The notes below the pieces were generated by a model. The model worked only from the letters and a program-made list of their open reading frames with translations, was not told where the DNA came from and ran no database searches. Of a stretch of DNA of 64,000 bases, positions 55,204-64,000 are shown piece by piece. The DNA lies in contig OX597838.1 of NCBI GenBank assembly GCA_951406725.2, forward strand, positions 9,362,001 to 9,426,000. Direction: 5' to 3'. Position 1 is the first letter of the stretch. Every line of letters starts with the position of its first letter. Both the position numbers and the translations under genes were made by a program. This stretch comes from Octopus vulgaris. Its lineage: Eukaryota.

Positions 55204-55321
55204 TATTATTACTATTATTATTATCATTATTATTATTATTATTATTATCATCATCATCATCATCATCATCAACATCATCATAATCATCATCATCATAATC
55301 CTTATCATCATCATCATCATC

Positions 55322-55390
<69 letters not shown>
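54950..55390. repeat. Compound (CTT)/(TTA)/(CCT)/(CAT) microsatellite
   Basis: Direct reading. Confidence 0.96.
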
Positions 55391-55391
<1 letters not shown>

Positions 55392-55925
55392 TGGCAAAAC
55401 ATGCTGCTTTTTTTCTAATTAGTAAATTTTTTCAAAATTCTTTTTTCACTTCTTGTGTAGAGGAGGGTGGTGGTGGTGAAGAATTCAAGGATCTGCTCTT
55501 TTGTTTCTTGTTTTTTTTTTTTTCCTTTTCCTTTCTTTTCGTTTTTTTTTTTTTTTTTTGTGTGTGCCAAGAGCTAAAACGAAAGTATTTCAGAAAAAGC
55601 AAACAGACCTCACGACCTTCGACTGGGAGCGAATTCCTCTCTGCAGAATTTCATCTCATTTGGTGGGAATCTCAAGCATCTACAGCATGCCATGCACGTG
55701 CATGCATAAACATATACATATATACCCATATATATATATATATATATACATACATGATTACATACATGCATGCATAAATGCATTCAAGCATGCAACCTGC
55801 GTGTGTAAACCTACGTGCATAAATGCGTACACACATATATACATGCGTGCATACCCGCATACATACATACTTGTGTATATACATATATGCACGAATGCAT
55901 TCATGCATGTGGCTATGTTGTATGT

Positions 55926-56072
55926 AGGTGCAGGAGTAGCTGTGTGATAACTAGCTTGCGGAGCAGCCACATGGTTCCGGGTTCGGTCCCACTGCGTGGT
56001 ACCGTGGGCAAGTGTCTTCTACTGTAGCCTCGGGCCGACCAAGGCCTTATGAGTGGATCTGGTAGACGGAAA
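55926..56072 (+). mobile_element. SINE family B 5' half
   Basis: gcaggagtagctgtgtg...ggttcggtcccactgcgtgg...ggtagacggaaac. Confidence 0.88.
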
Positions 56073-56140
56073 CAGTAGGCGATTTCAGCACCACATTTTT
56101 CAGTTGCAGTTCAAGCTAGAGTTAGTGGTAAACCAAATTG

Positions 56141-56423
56141 AGCGGACTCGTGGTCGTAAGATCGCGGTTTCGATTCCCAGACCGGGCGTTGTCAGTGTTT
56201 ATTGAGCGAAAACACCTAAAGCTCCACGAGGCTCCGGCAGGGGGTGGTGGCGATACCTGCTGTACTCTTTCGCTACAACTTTCTCTCACTCTTTCTTCTG
56301 TTGGTCTGCTCGCTTAGCCCAGCGGGGTGGCGTCATTTGAAGGCTAAAACAATGTGAAGCGCATTGTGACCAGCGATGTGTAGCAACATCCGATAGCTTG
56401 GTCGGTCACGGTGATCACGGTGA
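56141..56423 (+). mobile_element. SINE family C variant: same 5' half, different 3' tail
   Basis: Matches family C up to caactttctctcactct, then diverges. Confidence 0.85.
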
Positions 56424-56437
56424 TATATATATATATG

Positions 56438-56469
<32 letters not shown>

Positions 56470-57139
56470 ATACATATATACAGACAAACAGACATACATG
56501 TACTCATATATACACATATTTCCTTGTATATCTCAATATTATTGTCGTGTTTTTCAAGGCTAAAACCTCCTGTTTTCCTTTTGAAATTGAAGTTTACTAG
56601 AAATTTCATCTTTGAGAGGTTTCATATCTGAATATAGGTAAAACTTTATCAGTATTGGGAGGTTTCACCCATCCTCCGCCCTGCTGTTGAGGTCTATGTT
56701 ACTTGTTTGACTCTTGTTTCTGGTTTTGTTGTTGTTGTTGTTGTTGTTGTTGTTGGCGTTGTTATTGTTGTTCTTGTTGCTGAAGCTGCAGTCGCTGCAG
56801 CTGCTGCTGCTTATGATGATGATTTTGTTGAGTGCCAGATCAGTCCTTCTCGAGCAGAGTTGTTAAGAATACACTTTCAACGGTGACCACCCCATCTAGG
56901 TTCTAGGAAGTGGAAACTTAGAAACACATTAACCAACATAACCTTCACGAAAAACTGGTTGTCTTATGAGGGAAATTTAGCTGCGATTTTTAGCATATCT
57001 TATGACCACGTAAAGTTAGTCTCATCTGTTGTTGCTTTTGATTAGTCTTAGGTCAGCCACGATTGAAGAGATCTACGATCAAAAGCATCAAAAGCCTTCC
57101 AGTCGTGACCGACCCGAAGGTTGTGCGCTGGAAAATTTT

Positions 57140-57315
57140 TAGCACGCTGGGCTTTTGACAAATATCTTCCAGCTTTACGTTCTGTGTTCAAATTCTACCG
57201 AGGTCGACTTTGCCTTTTGTCCTTTCGAGATCGATAAAATAAATACCGACTGAGTACGAGGTTCGACGTAATCAATTGACCCTCGACTTCAAAATCTCAG
57301 GCCTTATAGCTATGC
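57140..57315 (+). mobile_element. SINE family A variant, degenerate
   Basis: tacgttctgtgttcaaattctaccgaggtcgactttgcc. Confidence 0.7.
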
Positions 57316-57321
57316 TAGATG

Positions 57322-57645
57322 AAAGTGCATGGCTCAATGATTAGAGCATCGGGATCACAATCATGAGGTAGTGAGTTCGATTCACAGACCGGTCTGTGTA
57401 CTGTGTTCCTTATTTCACGCTGCTCCAGTTCACTCAGCTGTAGAAATGAGTTACGTCGTCAATGGTACCAAGCTGTATCGGTCCTTTTGCCTTTCCCTTT
57501 GACAACATCAGTGGCGTGAAGCGGGGAGGCTGGTATGCATGGGCGACTGCTGGTCTTCCATAAACAAACTTGCCCGGACCTGTAACTCGGAGGGGAACTT
57601 TCTAGATACAATCTCATGGTCATTCATGATCGAAGGGGGTCTTGT
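57322..57645 (+). mobile_element. tRNA-derived SINE, family D-related
   Basis: A-box-like TGGCTCAATGA, B-box GAGTTCGATTC, then tatttcacgctgctccagttcactcagctg. Confidence 0.7.
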
Positions 57646-58377
57646 TTTATTTACCTACAGCAGAATGAAAACAAGAAGTGACCGAGCCGTCTATTTGTTT
57701 TTTTTTCTTCCTTTGTTCAGAGAATGCTGATTCATATTAAACAACATATCTTTTCTAAGACATTAGAGAGCGATAGGATTTTGATGAAAATTCGACTACT
57801 ATTTCTAGCATATCTGTCGACCACTTAGAGGCTATTCATGCCAGGTGTTGTATGACGTCAGTATTTCAGCAAGCTGTACAATGTTTTAGATCAGCCATTG
57901 TTATGATAGGTCATGCGTAAGGTTTGTTTTTCTGTTGTAAAGTTTCAGCTGTCACTCACATCTTTGCCTGTTGTTCTTCATCTTCTTGCTGCTGTTGTTG
58001 TTGTGCTGTCCAGATCTGGCATTTATTATTTATTGTTTATATTTTCATTTTCATTCTCCGTTGTTGTTGTTATTGTTGCTGTGGTTGTTGTTGTTGTTGG
58101 TGGTGGTTTTTGTTGCGTTTTATCAAGATGGCTTCTATTATTTTCTTTCAGTTATTGTCGACAACTTTCATAAAGGATTATTCGGTTATATTCAAATACC
58201 TTCATGTATAGAATGTGAGTATGTATGTGTGCGTAAGCCTGTATGCGTTTGTGTGCGTATATCAGCGTGTATGTGTATGTGTATGTGTGTATGTGAGTGT
58301 GTGAGTGAGGTGTGCATCTTTGCGTGTATGTACGCGTTAACGCGAGTTCGTGTCTTTGTGGATCTGCGTGTTCATGT

Positions 58378-58456
<79 letters not shown>

Positions 58457-59552
58457 ATATATGTATGTATATATGTATGTATATATGTATGTATATATGT
58501 ATGTATGTAATGTATGTATGTATATATGTATATATATATGTATGTATGTATGTATATGTATGTATATGTATGTATGTATGTATATATATATATATGCATA
58601 CTTACACACATATTTGTATACACGCATCAATCAATCCATCAATATATATATATATATATATTTTATATGTATATATACATGCGTGTGTGTGAGGGAGAAA
58701 GAGAGTTTTAGAGGTACCTCAATAGTGCTCTCTGTTGTAGATGTTTTGTTAATCTGTCCAACAAAAACGTATATTTTTTCTCCTTGTTTTCACATCAGAA
58801 ATTTTTTCTGAGATCCATTTATCTTCAGAATCTGAAATATTATAGATTTTTCCCAGCATTCCTCTAAATACACTCGTTGTATAATGACTATCTCTCTCTC
58901 TTTCAATGAAACAAACTATTTGAGGACGCCTCTGTGTGGTCGCAATGCATGTTAGAAATAGCTACCAAGTCCCTTTCGCAATCACACTCATCCATTCGCT
59001 GTTCACTAACTAGCAAGGCCCTTTGTCGTCTTGCATTTTCAAGATTTGATGGGTTAATTTTCTGATAATTGTAGTGCCTCGTTGCAACGGAGGCGGCACA
59101 TTTTGAGCTGTGTTAGCTGGACTAAGTTGGATAAAGAATCTTGCTTAAAGCCACAGCTTACCAACTGATCCGGTAATCGACACCAAAACCTTTACAAGCC
59201 CATGTTCAGTGACCAAAGCACTGAGTTGCTTGGTTTTCAATGTACTCTCTTTAAAAAGAGAAATTGGTAAACTGTAACAAAAATGAAGGTGAGGTCTTGG
59301 TTGGAACGCCTATGCTCAGTCAGCGGCTTAATGATTGTTGAGCAACCTGAAAGTATGTTGTTCGATTCTGAGACAGTTATTATGTGTCACCATTGTGTGT
59401 ATGTATATATATGTGTATATACATCAGTTTATTTGGGAAAGGATTACATTTGTGCATATAAATACGCATATATATATATATATATATATATACGGACACA
59501 CACATATATATATACACACACATGCATAATAAATGCATACACATATATGTGA

Positions 59553-59607
<55 letters not shown>

Positions 59608-59608
59608 C

Positions 59609-59800
59609 AAATCGTTGGCGATTTTTTTCCTCTGTCTTCCCTTCTCTGGATCTTTCCTTCTCCTATGTATCCGACGAAGAGCTCCGCTCGAAACGTTAAA
59701 CCCTCCTTCTTTCCTTCTTTCCTGAGCGTCCAATAATACTATATTTGTTCCACATCTTCGCGTTGTTGTGTTTTTTTGTGCTTTCTTATTTGGATTAACT
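59609..59800 (+). mobile_element. Penelope-like terminal fragment, family H1 (hammerhead-like fold 59667-59701)
   Basis: Near-identical to 5781-5951; (TA)n both sides. Confidence 0.8.
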
Positions 59801-59846
59801 ATATATATATATATACACACATATATAAATATATATATATATATAA

Positions 59847-59947
<101 letters not shown>

Positions 59948-60174
59948 TGTTTGTGTGTATAAAGGAATACAAAAATGGGACGAGAACATCCAATTATCCA
60001 GACAGCTAGATGATACAAAAAAGGGACAAGAAAAAACACGTACGGGATCATTCGAAGTTTTCTTTCCTCAGTCGAGTTCCAGATTATCTTTGTAATTTCG
60101 GCTGGTTATACTCGTGATTGCTCCAATCTGGCCAGCCCCAAGGAAAAACTAAGCTATTGAGTTCACACTTTGCA

Positions 60175-60860
60175 GATATAAAAAAAAATCGATTAATTTT
60201 ACAAATATTTTCAATGTTAATGTCCATTCTTTCTGGTGCATTATGGCGGCACACGTTTAAAATATTTGTTGGGCAACCCACTGGAGTTGACGACACTTTT
60301 GGAAACACTTCGAATTTACAAACATTATTATCATCTTCATCACGCCTGATTCTTTCAGATATTATATTGCAATTGTCACATGTAAATGCAACACAATTTT
60401 TTCAGAGAGAGAGAGAGAGGCCATATTTTTTCTCGAATGTTTCCTTTACATAATTAACGATTTATTGAGTCTGCAGTCTCATTAGTTATGTTGTTTGTTT
60501 GCTTGTTTTTTATTTTAACTCAATCAGTTTTGACTGTAGACCATCATTTTTCCAGACAAAGTATTGAATATTTATAAGAAATAGCTTTATTGAAATGTGC
60601 TTACTGCCATCTGTAGCTATTCTATAATACGCTGTCTTATTTTTTTAACAGAACGAGGTGCAAACACAGAATTTATAATTGCTTCTGTCTTTGAGCGATC
60701 ACTGGAAAAATCTACTTTCTGCTTCAATGGCCGAGAAAATCTTTTTAACCAAACCAGTTGAACAGATCATGGGTGTGAAGCTGTAGCGATATTTAACAGC
60801 ATCAGATGTATAAGTACCTTCTGCTATAGTAACAGCATTTTCTGTTATGCATTAATGACT
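60175..60860 (-). pseudogene. Decayed hAT-superfamily transposase fragment
   Basis: Minus-strand pieces: AEGTY...VKYRYSF.PM.C; RSKTEAIINSVFAP; IATDGSKHISIKLF..IQYF; NETADSI; CVAFTCDNCN; VGCPTNILN (CxxH-equivalent); MDINIENI. Multiple frameshifts. Confidence 0.8.
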
Positions 60861-61014
60861 ATTAATGCTGTACATGTTTGCACAGATCTGTTTTGAAGAT
60901 AATACAGAGTGTCACAAAAGAAAAAAAGAAACGTTCTTGATAAATGTTTCAACTGCAAGCACACAATATGCACAGGATCTAATCATGATGGTAACAATGA
61001 AAATGATAGAATAT

Positions 61015-61352
61015 TGATTTCAAACTTTGATACAAGGACAGCAATTCCGGGGGATGGATTAAGTCGATTACATTGACCCCAGGGCTCAATTGGGATCTAT
61101 TTTATTGACCTCCCGAGAGGATGAAAGGCAAAGTCAACCCCGTCGGAATTTGAACTCCGAACGTAAAGACAGATGAAAGGCCGCTGAGTATTTTGCACGG
61201 CGTGCTAACTATTCAGCTGACATTTTGGGGAAGGGGAATAGTTAATTACATCGATCACAGCGTTTTCACTGGTACTTAATTTATTAACCCCGAAACGATG
61301 AAAGGCAAAGTCGACCTCAGCACAATTTTGAACTCAGAACATAAAAACAGAC
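61015..61352 (-). mobile_element. Two adjacent degenerate SINE family A variant copies
   Basis: gatgaaaggcaaagtc..cc....ggaatttgaactc occurs twice. Confidence 0.78.
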
Positions 61353-61357
61353 AATAA

Positions 61358-62052
61358 GCGTAAGCCAGTGTCAACGGTGGTTGCAGAAATTCCGAGTCGG
61401 AAACTATAGCCTATAAGACGAGTCTCGTCCCGGAAGATCTGTAGAGCTCGACGAGGACGTCCTGCAAAGCCTGGAGGAACAAAATCTCATCGTAACTGTT
61501 GAGGAACTTGTAGAGAAGCTTGGATTTGGTCATTCAGTCATTCATCAACACGTACGTGCCATCGGAATATTCAGCAAATTAAGTCGATGGGTCCCTCACA
61601 AACTTCCGAGTCTAATCCCGAGCAAAGTGTTTAATGTGTGCTCTTCTTTGCTGTCACCTCTCACGAATGAACCTTTTTGGGATCGAATAGTGACTCGTGA
61701 CAAAAAATGGGTTCTCTATAAAAATGTCAAGCGCTGAAGAGAGTGGGTAGGAAAAGGAGAAACACCGGCATCCCAAGCTAAAGAAGGTCATCACCAACGT
61801 AAGGTGTTGTTATTTGTGGTGGTGGGATATGAAAGGTTTAGTCCACTTTGAGCCTTAAAGCCCAAACCAAACGATAACAAAGGAGATCCACTGTGAGCAG
61901 CTTGAGCGGCGAGAAGAAAAACGGCCATCTTTGGTTTCAAGACGAAAAATGTTCTTCCATCAGGATAATGCTCGGCCACATACAGTGAGGATGACATTCC
62001 AAACGCTGAAGCAGTTTGAATGGGAAACGATGCCTCACCCACCATATTCTCC
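61358..62052 (+). pseudogene. Decayed mariner (cecropia/Hsmar1-like) transposase
   Basis: CQRWLQKFRVGNYSL*DESRPGR...KLSRWVPHKL; DRIVTRDKKWVLYKN; FHQDNARPHT...WETMPHPPYSP, cut off before the third Asp. Confidence 0.92.
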
Positions 62053-62054
62053 TT

Positions 62055-62180
62055 GTTTCTTTCTATGGAAGAGCTTAGGCTCGAAACGTAAAATACTTTT
62101 TCAATTCCCGAGCGTTATGCTAATACATCTGTTTGTTTTCTACACCACCTGTTTTCATCCTTTTTTTTTTCGTGAATTCT

Positions 62181-62183
<3 letters not shown>
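62055..62183 (+). mobile_element. Penelope-like terminal fragment related to H1 (H4), degenerate hammerhead fold 62060-62093
   Basis: TTT-CTATGGA-A-GAGC-TTAG-GCTC-GAAAC-GTA-AAA, then ttcccgagcgt as in H1; ends at (TA)n. Confidence 0.55.
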
Positions 62184-62255
<72 letters not shown>

Positions 62256-62256
<1 letters not shown>

Positions 62257-62476
62257 TTTATCTCAAAGCAGCAGAAATTCAACAAAACCTGTTACTCTGA
62301 GTTTCACGTTCCCGTTCGTCGGACAGTTTGTTTTCTTTTTGTTTTTTTAACAAAAACTGTCCGACGAACGGGAACGTGAAACTCAGAGTAACAATTTCTG
62401 CTGCTTAAACATATTACTCTACCCCTGGTATTTGAGTATCTTTTTTCCACCTTGTTTCACATTTATGTGTTTACTC

Positions 62477-62480
<4 letters not shown>
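62256..62480. mobile_element. Family H2 inverted pair (partial minus copy, then plus copy) in (TA)n
   Basis: 62266-62329 pairs with 62354-62406; hammerhead-like folds at 62289-62326 (-) and 62357-62393 (+). Confidence 0.85.
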
Positions 62481-62521
<41 letters not shown>

Positions 62522-62531
<10 letters not shown>

Positions 62532-62683
62532 TTAGAGACAAAACCACTATTTTGCAAAACAAACAAGGAAAGACTTAATCAATACATAAAATTTTAATAA
62601 AAAGTAAATTTTTATTAAAATTTTATGTATTGATTAAGTCTTTCCTTGTTTGTTTTGCAAAATAGTGCTCTAATTAATATTAT
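62522..62683. repeat. AT-rich fold-back inverted repeat in (TA)n
   Basis: ~59-bp perfect inner arms with a short loop, plus 16-bp outer arms; 7-nt asymmetric indel. Confidence 0.92.
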
Positions 62684-62756
62684 ATACTATTTTTCTATAA
62701 AATTGGATTTAATCCTTAATCTGATTTTTTTCCCTGTAAATTTGGATTTATTCCTA

Positions 62757-63774
<1,018 letters not shown>

Positions 63775-64000
63775 TTTGAAACGTAGAGTAGATGAAAGCT
63801 TTAGCGACTGAAGAAGGGGTTTTTTCTTTGTGGTAATTGTCCTGTATTCTATTTTTTTTTTTGCTGTTTTTAAATAAATGTCCAGTTCCTTTGGTTTGTG
63901 TCTATGTTTTCGCTTATCATTGTGTTCGACGTCCTTTTGGTGTCCTGTACTCATATATGCGTGTATATGTACATGTAGAGGTAGGTACGTACATATATGT

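Noticed and set aside
59960-60160. Additional hammerhead on the minus strand (CTGAGGA-AAG-AAAA-CTT-CGAA; GGCTGG..CCAGCC-GAAA)
   Set aside because: Core halves and stems do not assemble into one fold.
61358-62052. Active or domesticated mariner transposase (also 1866-2508, 19323-19846, 48081-48215)
   Set aside because: All have stops, frameshifts or truncations; none holds a complete intact DD34D domain.
63772-63830. Hammerhead from GAAACGTA and CTGAAGA motifs
   Set aside because: Motifs are present but no closing stems were found; possibly a truncated PLE end.

Overview
AT-rich, repeat-saturated eukaryotic DNA (intergenic or intronic). The SINE families and microsatellite density resemble an octopus (coleoid cephalopod) genome; this comes from my recall, not a search. 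No host protein-coding gene can be supported, and nearly all long ORFs in the track are microsatellite read-throughs. Supported content: at least 4 tRNA-derived SINE families (about 30 copies, several with target-site duplications, TSDs), decayed Tc1/mariner and hAT transposase remnants, a mariner MITE, three non-autonomous Helitrons, an R4/Dong-type LINE 3' end inside (TAA)n, an RTE-like 3' end and a ~4 kb 138-bp minisatellite. Three signals stand out. (1) Several short element families, mostly inside (TA)n tracts, carry minimal type I hammerhead ribozyme (HHR) folds of the Penelope-like type, and one also has a tRNA-like Pol III head. (2) One SINE family inserts as head-to-tail multimers and circularly permuted pieces within a single TSD. 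(3) Several fold-back palindromes occur, including a perfect 182-bp one and a tRNA-like hairpin. Coordinates were read by eye, so ends of degenerate copies are approximate.
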